Assembly (NCBI GenBank): GCA_051362555.1
Contig: CM120641.1
Location: 32,308,401 to 32,372,400 of the forward strand
Reading direction: 5' to 3'
DNA: 64,000 bases
DNA from: Lingula anatina
Taxonomy: Eukaryota; Animalia; Brachiopoda
Shown: positions 38,198 to 52,300 of the stretch, one piece after another
Layout of the letters: every line of letters starts with the position of its first letter
Numbering within the stretch: position 1 is the stretch's first letter
The notes under the pieces: model-generated
What the model was told of the DNA's origin: nothing
Seen by the model: only the letters and a program-made list of their open reading frames with translations
Databases searched by the model: none
Program-made: the position numbers and the translations under genes

Positions 38198-39469
38198 TAA
38201 GTACCTACTAGTTAGGTTATTTATTTATGTACTTAGTTATTTATTTATCATACTGGTTCATACTAATCTTTTGTATAGTGTGCAAGGCAAATTCATTTGT
38301 TCAGTGAAGACTTCTACAAGTGAAGAATAACCTGACTAACCCTTTTATATTTTATCAGGTTTCTGTTTCATGAACATGGCTGTGATAGAGCATTGATTCA
38401 TACTAGATATTGTCTGAATTTTATTATAAAGTATAACTACACCTCCCATTGTCGTCCTTTATAAATATGAGGTGAAAGTCAGAATGTTTCAGGTTAACTG
38501 ATCATTGCTTTTTCTTATTAATAAAAGGTGTTTTAGAGCAGAAGCTGATAAAATTGGAATTTTGTTTTCAGTCACTTTGAGCATGTGTATATTTAGATGA
38601 GTATGACACTGAAAACATGCATGTTAGATCAGAAATGATAGGTTTGTGATATGATAATGTTTACCTAGGGGCAACTCTCAGATTACTTAAGGTCATAGTT
38701 GGAGATGGGGGGTTTCAGATGAATGCCACCTATATATTCCCCATTGATTTTTGGGAAAAGAAATGATTAACAGAATGATTATGCAAGGCTTCTAATCACG
38801 TTAACAAATTGCCATGCATTCAGTTGAAGAGAAAAAAAATTAAATTTTTAAAAGATGACTTTTCTCTTCTGTTGTTTTGAAAAAAAAAATGTGCATCACA
38901 TAACAATCTTTTACAGCTTTTTTTTTTAGCCTGGGAAGTTTAGTAATCAGATCTGTTTTGTCTGTGTCAGTGTGAAACCAGTGGATCCTATAACCTCATC
39001 CTGCATGCTGTACTACTCTGGCTCTGATTGAATTAACCTATTGATTTTGCCTGGAGAGGAGATCTGCTCTGCGTGGAGCTTGTTTCACATGGGCGGCAGC
39101 TCTGGCAGGATGATCGAGATGAAAATGATGATGTCGATATTTTACTGTCTGTTGTAACACAATTTAAGGTGAATGCTGTGAAGATATGAGGACAAATTGA
39201 AGGGTAAGGTGCACTAGAGACTGGCTTGTGAACCATTGTGGAGATACAGGGTCAAATTGTATGAAAAAAGTGAAAATTAGTTTGGGCTTTGTGTAACATA
39301 TGTTATTGTCCAAGGCTGAGAAACAGTTTTACACCTTGGTAAATAAGGATAACATTGATGTGTTTGTTTGTTTGTTTACCTAGTGTTAATGATGTTTACT
39401 ATTTTAATAGACGAGATATACTTGGTTATCAGGTAAATAAGCAGAAATTTGTCAAATTGATATGCAAAG

Positions 39470-39661
39470 GGGGGCGGGGGGGGGGGGTGTGGAGGTGCTC
39501 CAAATGGTTGTCAAAAGAACTGTTTTGTAGTGTGGAAAATGTCTATTCTAAATCAAAATTTTATGTAGGTTTTTCATAATGGCTCAACCAAGGAGGAATT
39601 AATTAAGGTTCACTTTTTCAGAGAAAGAACCCCACTTTTCAAATTGTTAGCTGCAGGTCTA
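39470..39661 (+). mobile_element. Diverged third copy of the same MITE family
   Basis: AAGGTTCACTTTTTCAGAGAAAGAACCCC...AAATTGTTAGCTGCAGGTCT resembles the right half of 49513-49679. The left boundary is approximate. Confidence 0.5.
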
Positions 39662-41748
39662 GGCTGTTTATGATGTTTTTCTAGCTTTCAGTTATCATTT
39701 TGAATGTTTGGGAAGGAAGGCTAATGTAAACTGTATACTAGTACTAGTCTAGCTTGGCTGATGTTGGGATAGTCGGTTTTAGCCAGATGCTACATAAGCA
39801 TATATATTCTATTTGGCTGTAGGGAATAGAGAATAAATCACTATTTGCAAAAATTGTCATCAATATGGTTAAAATTTCTGATTTGTCAAAAATCATTCTG
39901 CAAAAGGGAAATTTTTCCTCAGCATGAGCCTTACTGGTGTACACTGATTTATAGACAAAAGAAACAAGAACATTAAATCTATGTAATTAGATGAATGTGA
40001 TCTCACAATTTTAGTTGTGGCATCACTGCGAGATTATCATTTTTTTCCAACAAAAAGGGACAAATAAAAGGTTAAAACATTTTGAGAAAAAAAATGCATT
40101 TCCTATTGACGGAAAAATATCTGTTCAGTTCTGCTGGCCCTCTCAAGGGAGAGTTATCATATCAAGTGTTGTGTCTGTCTGCCTCACATGTTATGCTATT
40201 AAGAGCCTGGGAGATAATGGCCTCATTGCATACTTATTTTAAACTTCCATTTTAGAATTCTTTGGCAGCTATAATGTGTTTCCCTTGACTGGGGCTACTT
40301 TGAATCTGACTTAAGCTTTTAATTAAAACTTAAGTGCTTAAAGTTGTTAGTTAGGTACAAAGAAAACTGGGGTAAATATGTTGATTTTTTTCTGTAGATA
40401 GAGTGGATCCAAATTAAGCAGTTCTGATGGAAAAATTGGCCCATGTTGAGAATGATACCAGTTTTTTAGAAAATAAACCAGGCACTAATAGGGTAGATAG
40501 GTGATGGTCTTGTCTCTTGAAGTTGGTCAGTAGTAAAAAATTGATTTGTAATGATGCCAAGCACTGAAACAGAAACATTAGAAAGTTGTGATCATTACAA
40601 CTGTGGCATTCTTGGCTGTGCGTGCCCTTGCTGGACTTAAAAATATTACAATTTGAACTGGATATGTGGTAAAAAAAAGGTTAAGTATTTTTTTCTTCAA
40701 CCAAATAAACATCAGTTAAGCATTTGATTAGAATTCTTTCTACAAGAAAGAGCCCATCACTGCTGCTGTGCCTTTGTTGAGTGTGGACAATTAGGATGTA
40801 CTGGATTTAGGTATTAGGATTATTGCACTTAAAGAGAATATGGCATGCACATATAAATTATTTTTAATGCAATATGGAAGCCTGAATGTTACATGTTTGA
40901 TTGATCTCTGTTAATGCCTGCTTCTATTTAAGTGAGTGTATACAGCTATGGTGAATTTTACTGGCAGTGAAAGAGACATGTTTATGTATTCTCAACTAAA
41001 TGACAATGAAGTTCTGATGCCACAGACAGGCTTAGGACTCGCTAAGAATTTGATTTACTATAGCCAAATATCAGGATCCTGAATGACTTTAGTCAAATCA
41101 ATTATTGTACTAAACCAGTGACAAGTGTGGAGTAATAAATTAGTACAATATTTTACATTCTCTTTTCATTGATGGTTATTACTGAAATTATTTTGAATAA
41201 ATAAATTAGCAGCCAATACTCTGACTACTGGTTTGATTATTTTACATCTGTTCTGAGTAGTTCAGTTGTGATGAGGTAGTGCCTAAAGAGCAACAGATTG
41301 AAGAACAACCTAATTCAGAAGTATTGACATCCTTGCAACAAGTGCAAAAGACTATTGATGCTTCAGGTTATTTTTGGAAAGTTTGTTATCACTTGGAAGT
41401 TGGTATGCCAGTAGAGAATCCATTCCTTTGGATATTTTGGAGAAATCCATTTCAATCTCTCATTTCCATTGATAAAGAATTTCCATCTTACTAATCTGAC
41501 CCCCATAGATTGCTCCTGTCAATTTTGTTATTGCCAACTGTTATTGGAGATTGGGAATTCATTTCATTGCCATCCCCAGAGCAATCAGCAGTCACCCTGT
41601 GTTTAAGAAATAATTGGGAACCTTTCTCCTTCACTACCAGTATGCCTCTGCTATTGGGAGCAATTCCAGAGATATAAAATTCTGACAGTTTTCCAGAAGA
41701 CCCAGAAAATGGCCTCCATCTGCCCCTGGCTATGGCCAGTAACTGGAT

Positions 41749-41881
41749 ACTGGGAATGTCGAAGGTGGCTTATCATGGTAGTGAGTCTCCAGTGACCTCT
41801 GATTCTCAGGGTATAACTGGAAATGTCAGAGGCATGCTGAGTGTGGAGGCAACTTTAGAGTGACCTCTGATTCTCAGGGTG
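41749..41881. repeat. Diverged two-copy ~68-bp tandem repeat
   Basis: AGTGACCTCTGATTCTCAGGGT at 41791 and 41859, each preceded by ACTGG(G/A)AATGTC. Confidence 0.7.
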
Positions 41882-42116
41882 TCAGCAGAGAAAGTCCATT
41901 GCATTGATAAAGATTTCAGGAGAAAATGCATACCTGGCAGACAGCAAGCTAGCTCTGCTTGGTCAAACATTCCCCAGGTGTGTATGAAAATAACTGGCAG
42001 GTAGATAGGGAATTGTTTATATTTGATGTAATTATTATGATTGGGTTGCTATAGCCAGACCCTGTGAAAGGCTAATTAGAAAGTAATGTTGTGACTTAAC
42101 CATGCAATAAGCTCAG

Positions 42117-42160
<44 letters not shown>

Positions 42161-43342
42161 GAAAAAATATTTTACCAACATGTTGACAGTGCCATTAGGT
42201 GGTCTTCCTGTTCCTTAACTTCCAGTGATATGCGTTGATCATCAGTGTTGTATTTTGGGTCCAATTCATGTGAATTAAGTTTTCATACTCCTATTCTTAT
42301 GTTGAATCAGGAAAAAAAATGGTTATAATGTTCAAAAGTGAACTTCCGACAAAAGTTTGTAAAAATCTCTCTCTCTCTCTCTCAATGACGATTCATTTAA
42401 CAGAGATTTTTTGTTCTTACTCAGATTTCCAGTAATTAAATTAATTGGTCATGTATTTATTAAGTTCTGCATAAGTTCAGAAGTTGTGTGTATTTCATAA
42501 TCAAAATAGGATTTTTTTTCTTAATTTAATGTTACAGTTTTTATCCTTCTTTGTTAATCAAGTTTCCAATTTTGATCACATATAGTAAACAGAGTGTTTA
42601 GCTTCATAAAACAGAGATAGAAGACGGTGGCCTGTGTCTGGCAGCCTGTCTGGTCTACAGTCCAGAAGACTTCAAACCTCATAAACCTCTGAACCATATT
42701 GACTTGGACAGATCTCACAGCAGTCTGATGTTCTGAACTTTTATCTTGATCATCAGAACAACTAAGAGTACATGTAGCAGACAGCAGGAGCAGTCCTGTT
42801 TTAGTGGCCACTGTGTGATAGACCACTGAGAAAGGATGGCCAGTTGTAAACTTGGGAAATTTGATATGATAAACTGTGGACTGTCAGCTTACTCACCAGA
42901 GTTGAACAGTGTACTAGTAACTAGTTTTTGGTCTTGAGTGTGAGTTTGTATGATATAGACATTTGGCTATCTATAGATCCTGTACTGTACGTTTGAAGGC
43001 TTGTAGGTGTGCAGGTATATATATGTTTGTACACTAAAGCTGTCCACTCACACATGAGAATTTTAGCCACTATATATAGATTAGACCCTGTGTTGTAATG
43101 TCATTGAGAATCATGTTATTACAAATATTAGATGAATTTGAAATCTGCCACACTGTGGAACCTCCTTGTAATGCTACTGCACTTTGCCACATAGATTTTT
43201 GATCTAAAATACTGTGTCTGACCACGACTTAGTAAGACACACTGTCCCCACCAACATACTGTTACCTGTTGGACATCCTCCTTGACCAGTCATGCAATAT
43301 CTTATGTGTTATCTCTCATTTCAGACTACATTGGACACTACC

Positions 43343-46300
43343 ATGCCCGCAGTGAAGAAAAGAAATTTCTGTTGGTGTTTGGGCGGCACCCGTCCCCCAG
43401 AGATCACCTTCGACCCTGCTGTCAATGGCACTGCCCTGCAGTCTTTCCACGCCGGCGGCCTCCTCCCCATGCCTGAGGATGAGGAGGAGCTGAATGTAAA
43501 ATTTGCTGAACTCGTGGTAGGTTGTATGTTGTGGTCGTGATGACAGAATCTTTTACTTTGTCCATGTTGATTTATTCCAGATAATAGTGATACTGGTTGC
43601 CTTTTACTAGTTGGTAAAATATTTGCCAGATGCTGCCCAATGTTTTATTTGGCAAGGGAAAATGAAGAATGTTTGACTGCTTTTGTCAAAGTATCATTGA
43701 TTTTTTAGAAAACGACAGAAACATAAAATATGCAAGCTTGAAATTAGGGCTAACAGTGGATTTGACACAACAAGGCATTGTCACACACAATGTGTGCTTT
43801 CTTCCTCCCACACAAGGACTCTCTCCAAATAACACATATATCAACACACAGGTAGTACCTAAAAGCTGCACTTTTGAGGAACTTATCAGGTATCTTAGTC
43901 ATTCACAAACATGGGACAGGCACGCCTCATGTAAAAGCCCAGGTCGCATTATTAATGGCGAACATTGCTGCATTACTTCAACAGTCAAGTAATGCTAAGC
44001 CATTAATAATGTTAAAGAAATTTAAGTATATGATAATTTAAATTTTCTGTAGTTGGTGAATAATTTAAAGATGCTACAGAAATTTAAAGATGCTTGATAA
44101 GACCATATTATAGAATGCTTATGTTTATTTGGGGAAGTTGTTAGAAGGTTAGAACATTTTCAACCAAGTTGATTATGAAAGCAGGGAGGGACCCAGTGGA
44201 TATTTTTTTGTTTATCATTATAGCACCCTTGTACCCCAAGTTGATTATGAAAGCAGGGAGGGACCCAGTGGATAGTTTTTTGTTTATCATTATAGCACCC
44301 TTGTACCTATTCTTTTGACATATTTATAACAGTAAAACAAGTATGCTAAGGGCACTGAAGAGTGTTTCATACTTTTTATCGCAATATATATATATATCAC
44401 GTTAAATTAATTTTGAAGATTTTTTATCTTGGATGTATGACCTGTAGATAATTATTATCTTGTGAAACTTTTTGTATTCTTTATTAAAAGATATCAGGTC
44501 TGAAATAATATTATTGTTTAATATGTTATCTTCGTGTTCCTAAACTGACATACATTTTCTGTGTTGATTATCATGCGGCATTTTGTAATTTAGATGATGT
44601 TCTTTCATGTGAGGAATGCACGCGTCAGGTATTATATTACACAACACATGATGGATCACTCCTGACAAGTCATGAAAACATTTGTCCCTTTTTGAATGTT
44701 GTGCTAAAACTGCCTAAGGTGAAAATGCAGTACTGTACTTTGTTGACATATCATGAAGTCACACCCAGAAATATACTGTATGTCCCTTTTGAGAATAAAC
44801 TGAAAGATGCGAAAATATTTTATTGAAAATTTAAAGTAGAAAAAAAGAGCCTCTAAATTATACCTTTAGTATAGTAAAGCCTCATGCTGAAGCACCCCAT
44901 TATATTTCTGAGAGACGGAAGATGTCTGCACAAATGATGTTGAACAGAATTTTCCCTGTAGTAAACACAGAGAGCACTAAATAGCAGCTGAACCTGATCA
45001 GTTATGCCATTTTGCAGGTAGCCAACAGGAAAAATAGCAGAAGCCAAAAATTTTCAGTTTACGTGACTGAAGTCAGTAACTAAATTTTGTCGTGTCTCTG
45101 TAAGTTTGATTTTAATACAAGTTATTATTGAAGCTGAACTATGTACATCTGCGAAAGGGCATCATTGCATGATCCCTGGTATTTATGTGGTGATATTACA
45201 TGCCATAGGTTGCTAAAGACCCAACTTTCAATAGTGGCACTGATCCATGGCTGGTAACACTTGTATGATGAATGTTTAAGCTGCTGACATGTACCTGTAT
45301 GTGATTAGATAACAGTAAAGGTGGAATGCCATTCCTGTAGATTGCATCTTCTGCTACACATGAAAATTAATAATGATGTTCATTCTTGCAACTAATAGTT
45401 AGAGTGCACGTTCACGAAGAGGGTGTACAAGTAGCAATAACACATGAAATTGTCCACTAAAAATGTCAAAAGAAAAATTCATTGATCAAGTTATTAAATC
45501 CACTAATTTCTTTAAAATAGTTCAGGGCAACTTAGTTTAAATGCATTAAAATTATTGGAGTTCTTGTGAGATTAAAGTTTTTTCAGATCTAGCAGTTCTG
45601 AATTTTGGAACATGAAACTACTAAGTGTGTTGGAATGTTCATTCACTTTTAGCAAGAAAGGGTTCAGGTTATGTTCGAGGTTAAGCCAGGATATTGAAAG
45701 AGACCATCCAAAATTACCTCAATTATTGTATGAGCAAAGTGGGGGAGGTTTTATAAGTGTGTATTCATGTTACATTTGCGTATGCATAGGTAGAAAGCTC
45801 CATCACCAAATTATTATTATTATTATCATCATTATTAAACATGGCCTCTCGAATTTGTTTACTGATAATCACGCAGTAGTCCCGAGATAACTTCAAATAT
45901 GGCAGCTTGCTGTTCTTACAATATCACAGGTGTATAATTAATGCCAGTTAGTCAAGTCTGTAAAGTGACAGTGTCATTTTGACAGTTGTCTTTTAAAGGT
46001 CATAGTGGAAGCCGGTCAAGGAGTGCATTTAAAAAGAGATGGAGAGGCTTGATTTGAAGACTTTTTTACCTCTTTTATTCAGTATCTTCCTGCGTATGAA
46101 AGATATTTGATACATTTTATTGTCAACTGTGAAATTGATTGCTGTTGTATCTGCCATCTTATATGCATTTAGTGACATTAGTAAAGTTTGTTATCGGCAA
46201 ACTAATTTAACAATAAGGAGTATGGCTTTTTTTTTCCTAAAGCCATTCACACACTGATATTTGAACAAAATCATCTACTTTTTGAAAAAAAAACATTGAG

Positions 46301-49300
46301 CTGTTTTTCTCATGAGTGTGGCCAAAATCCAAAATAAAGTGACATATATGTATGAGTAACCATTTATCTGATTTAATGTGGCTAGGAATTATTTCTTCAG
46401 ATAACTGAGGGAAAGGTTTCATAATTGTGAAGTGTTTAAGTGGTTGATATATATTGCTTGGGTCTTTTCAAAGATTTGATTTTAGACTACATTTCTCATG
46501 TGTTTCTGAAGAATGACACACGATTTTCAGTGATGTGACAATATCTTGTGGTTCTAGTTTTGAGATTGGTTGGGGTATTAAAGCCCCTTGCCATGAGGGT
46601 AAATCTATTGATAATAGAAGAGATAAGCTCCAAACTATATCATGGATGGGGAAATGATGGCCATGCAGGCAAAAAAGTTTGTTAGTCACAGAAGTAATCA
46701 CAGTGAGATATCTCATTTGTAGATATTATCTTTGTCAGGTGTTGCTGTGGTTTCTTTGGTCAGTATCAATCGCCAGGCATGTAGGCTCACCAAACCACAG
46801 TTGTTTTATGGCTCTAGCTTACAATAAATAACAATTAAGTATAAGATTTGGTTCCCATGCCTAGATCTATCTATCTGGATCAGTCTATCTCCCTGGGGAG
46901 TCTCACTAAATTGCTATCAACTTAACCAACTTGACTATCAACTCTCACTAAATTGCTATCAACTTTAGCCAGGCTTAATGCCTGTCATGCCTACCAAATC
47001 AGTTAGGGGTTAAAGATGATTACCCCCTTAACAGCTTTACTAAGTATGACAGACATTTAAGCTGGTTAAGTTGATAGCAATTTAGTGAGACTCTCCAGGG
47101 AGATAAATCAATCCAAATATCTGTGGGAATGGTCCCTAAGGCTGTGTTCAGATTAGATGTTGTCATACTAACAGAATCGATCTATCTCTGTGGGGATTCT
47201 TGCTAAGGTACAGTTAATGTAATCAGCTTAATTGTCTAGCACACCCCCTAGGTACTTACAGTACTTGGATAAATTTGGAAATTTATACATTGTGGTCTAT
47301 GATGTTGTTCATGTTGCTTTGCAAGGGGGCATGCCAGACAAATAAGCTGATTACATTGACTGCGCCTTAACCAAAATCCCTGCTGAAATAGATTGCTCTT
47401 GCTAGTATGACTTCTATTCTGAACACAGCCTAAGATTAAGTCACTGCTCCTATATGTTAATCTGTGAAAGTGTGACACTTTGGTAGAATTTTGATGGAAA
47501 TGCATGAACTAGTATCTTCATTTTAATATGAATGCAGTATTATGAGACAATATTATATATAATATTAAGAACATGTATTTTATCATTTGATACAATTAAG
47601 TGAGCTTTTTTTTATCCAGAAGCATGCACAATAAATGAGCATAAGTTCTTTTACCTCTCAGCTTTACACTACTATAGTTTATGGCCATAAAAAGAAAAAA
47701 ATTAACAAAGGAAAAAAGTTTCCACTCATATGTTCTTGGAAAGATGTTAACACTGAGGCCAGCCTCTATTGAACTTTATCTTTTTTTTCCGCCTTTCAGG
47801 ACGAGCTGGACCTAGATAAAGCTCACCGCGATGCTATGTTCAGTCTACCACCCGAGAAGAAATGGCAGATCTACTGCAGTAAATCCAGAGTAAGTTATCG
47901 TCTAGTAAGAGAACTGAGATAGCCTTTACACTTTCCCTTTTGTATTTTTGTAGGGATTTTTGAGTAATTACCTTATACATGTCCTGAATATTAGGCAGTT
48001 CTATTAAGGACCTACCTCATTCTTTTAACTGCAATAAACATTTGTTTTTCAGGCACTCGACTGTCACCTTGATCAGTTAATAAATCTAAAACTTACAAAA
48101 TAACTGAAGAAAAACACACTAGTCTACTGTAGAGCAAAAAATTAGTATTAAAAATATAATAAAATTGCCATGTATATGCTTTAGCAGTATGACAATTGAA
48201 GCTTGTGAAACAGATTTCCAAATACTGCATTAAAGACTCTCATAAAATGGAAAAGGCCATCAAATCCTCTTATTACCAAATCCATTTTATTTAAACAGCT
48301 CAAGTTACATTGTCCCATTCTTTATTTGTATTGTATATGACACAGATTTCAACATTTGCTCTAGATCTGTGCCCATACTAGCCCCATACATAGAGAATCC
48401 CTTCAAAAATGCTTTAATGATGAAATGATGATGAAACTTTTATCAGTTGTTATATTATTTCTATATGCCACAACTAGTCTTCCCTGTTGGGAGAATGATA
48501 ATCATACACATATTTTATGTTTTGGAATAATTCTATATGTATTTTCAACATGTCCATGGTACTTGAGTACTGATGAATTTTTTAAAAATAAATATGTAAA
48601 TTTAGATATGAGCTGGATGTTCTAGATATTCTTTTGAATATATTTTTCAAATGCATGATCCTCAGGGTGCTGGTGTTTAGATTAATCACATACACACAGA
48701 TACATAGTGAGTAATGACTTTGTTGACTTACAAGACGTACAGTAATGCCCCAGCTAGACAGTATTGATCAGGCTATAGTTGAGTGTAGGTGATTCATGAA
48801 GGAAGATTTAGTAACCTTATGGTGTTACTGAGGTCTTTTATTGCCATCTTATTAACAAGCTGTGGCTCATTTCCTTCATTTAGACACAATATATCATTTT
48901 CAGGAAAACGTTTTGATCATAAGGATAAACAGATTTTGAATTGTGGAGGACCGAAAGCATGTCCATGGTTTTTTGTCCCATTTCATGCAGTTTGTATAAA
49001 TTTCACATTCTTAAAACAGATGGAACATGTAGCTGCACATTTGGCTAACTGGAACCTGTTTTTCTTTCCCCTCTTGTCATGACATAATTTTGAGCCAGAT
49101 TGTTTAGATCAGCCTCCTGAGTATCATGCTCCTGTTGAGAATATCTTTTGAAATATTTAGATTTGCACCTTGTGTATCATACCTTTGTTGAGAGTATCTA
49201 TGGAGATGTTAAGATCCTCTCCCTGAATATCACACATATAGTGAGAATATATCTATAGAAATGTTAAGGTCAGCACCCTGTGTATCACACCAATGGTGAA

Positions 49301-52300
49301 AACACAGACATGACAAACTAAGTAAAATTCACATGAGAATTTTAAATTAATTTTAATGAACATCCTTTATGTCAGACCCTTATTGGTATTGATATACAAA
49401 CAGGTGTTATTCATAATCACTGCAGTTCATATTGTTACTAGTGAATAGATAACATTTTGCTTATTAAAACACTTTATTTTGTGCTTTGTTTTATCATTTC
49501 CATCTAGAAGTCCAGGCCCGTAGCCAGGGGGGGTTCAGGGGTTTCGAAAGAACCGCCCCTTTTACTAGGAAAAGGTCCACTCTGGGTAAAATTGGATCTT
49601 GGTACATGAAGTTTTTATGGGAAAAGGTCCACATTTTCAGAAAAAGAACCCCTTTTTAAAATTGCTGGGTATGGGCCTGAAGTCAGTATACTGAGTATAC
49701 ACATACACACTGGGATATAGTCTCCATTCACCACAGACCTTAACATTCATAAAAAGCACTACTGAATTATTCTCTTGTGGTCAAAAATCACTGAATAGAA
49801 AAATTCTTAATTACAAACTGTCAGTCACAGGGAGATTTTCATCATTATGATTTGTAATGGCCTACTGGAACATTATAAACCACTTAGAATAAATGTATAT
49901 ATTAGCTTTCAGTCTAGCTGCTGTTGATCAGCTTATTATATCTGTTGTATTTCTAATAAGAATGTTGGGAGATGTCTATGCTTAGGACTTTTTAATTTCC
50001 CTTCTTTTATTTGTGTAGTATTAAATTTGCAGAATGTTATAGCACTTATTCAAGGATGAGCTGTAATATTATTTACAGAGATCATATAGTTTTTGTTAAA
50101 ATGGGTTTTGTGGACAGATAGAAAAGTTCAGATAATGATGGATGAAGAAATATAATGGCATATTAACTGAGGCATATCAGACAATAGTGATTAATCATTG
50201 CATCATTAAAGAGTATTAATATAATAACTTAGTCTCATCAGTATTGGTTCTCTTCTGTTCATTATTCACTACTAAATTATGAAAATACCATTAAAAGAAC
50301 ATCAAATTGAAATATTATTTGCATCTGTTAATGGAGGCCAATTTTCCTTCCTAAATGTATCTTAGTATAAATTTTAGAAACTGTCAAATGTACTGCAAAA
50401 TGATGCTGTAAAGAATTCCATCAGGTTTGTTTCATTTCATTGCTCGTTTGTTGTATATTTTCTACATAACAGCTACATTTGTAAGACGCGGTAAGCCTCA
50501 CTCTTTGAATAAGTTGACTTGATAGACACCAAAATATTGCAGTGCAAATAACCCTAATCTTAGCTGACAGCAGTTGTTTTAAAGAAATTGTTATAACCAA
50601 AATGCTGCAGGAAATTGATAATGTCCAAATATTGTAAGTGCTCACAAAATGTCAGTTTGACAGCTCCACTTAATGGCTGCCTCACCCCTTGGACCAACAG
50701 AAGACTTCGCAAAGGAAGCCAAACCATTTGTCAGGTATTTCCACCCTCCCTTTCAAGAAAATCCTCAGACTGCTTTTACCAATTAAAATACATAGGGTCA
50801 GTATGGGGAAAAATGCCTAAGAAAGTGATTCCTGGAATTGCTGCGGATGAAACGCATTGATCAAAAGCATAGTTTAAAATTGATAGCATATGATTAGAAA
50901 GAACCTGCTGTGATTAGAAAGATCCTGCACATGGATGGTTTCAGTAGCACAATCACATGCAGACATCTGTACTCTTACAGTATCTACAGGGTTTGTAGAG
51001 ATCTACATCAATGATTATACAAAGGCAATATTTGAACAAATATGTGTAGGTGGTAGCACAGCATAAATATTAGAACAGAAGAGATTGGTGAAAATTAAGC
51101 ATAGTTAAAAGCCAAAAATGAGGCAGGGCTAAAGAAAAAAAAAATTGTGTTCCTACCTTGTAGGGAAAGAGATACTCAGTGAGATAAATGCTATAATAGT
51201 TTATCAGGAAATAATTACATGCATAGATTACAGGTCTACACAAGTTTGAATCAGATTTGCCCAACATATTGTCTGGTTCACTGTGTTGATCTCAGAGTGT
51301 TTCATCAATAATTCACGTTCTGATCAACTTTGAGTCATACGTGTACTACAGATGCACTGAGTATAGACACAGAGCCAATCTTGCTGCCATATTGATTTGT
51401 GAATTAGTCACCAACAAAGAGGAAAAAAAAAAGAAAATATCAAAGACCTCTCAGAACGTCATACTATTGTTCATTATTGATATTTGGAGTAGTCATTCAT
51501 GATGTTCTGATTGAAATAGATGGAGATATGGTGGTAAAAATATTACAAGTTGAATAGCTAATACAGGTGATATATTGAGTATGTGGAATTTGGTACATGA
51601 CATATTGGTGTGCAATTAACTCTTATATTAGCTGGCAGTGTATTGCTTTGAAGAAAATTTCATGAATAAAATTTAAGTTTGCTCATCAAAAAAGCACCCC
51701 CCTTTCCTTTCTACACTTGTAACTCTCTAACGAGTACACTGCCCATGTCCCTTCCAGTCCTTCATTTTTTATCAATTTCACAACCAAAGTTGTGCCATGC
51801 CATCTTGTTTGCAAAATTAGTTGTGCATATAAATGGTAACTTTCATGTATATAAAGAAAGAAGACTCCTAGTTGAATGTTTTAAAAATTTTTTCAATCCC
51901 ATTAGAATCATTATTGTACCATGACCCACTATTTTCTTGTAAATGCTTGCAGAGCTGGGCAAATAAAACCAAAGTGAGTTATTATGCCTAATTTGTTCCA
52001 CTTTCCCACAATAAACAAGATAATATTAGAATTTCAGCAAGTTGTTACATTTACTAGTACTATCATCAGTGGACATTATTGAGGCTATAGATGACATACC
52101 GTATGGTTCTTATTTTCAACTCTTACTCTCTCCTATTTCAAAGTCAGGCAAGCACGAATATTTATTGTTTATTTAAAAAATCAACCCTGAATCTCAAGAA
52201 AGAGTATTATATACACAATTTACTTAAAAGAGTGAAACATATCACTGTAGCTTGGTACTAATTTTTCTTCTTATCTATCTGTAGGAGCAAGAAGACCCAA

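Noticed and set aside
49103-49303. Regularly spaced repeats as a CRISPR-like array
   Set aside because: Whole units are degenerate copies with no unique spacers, and the context is eukaryotic.
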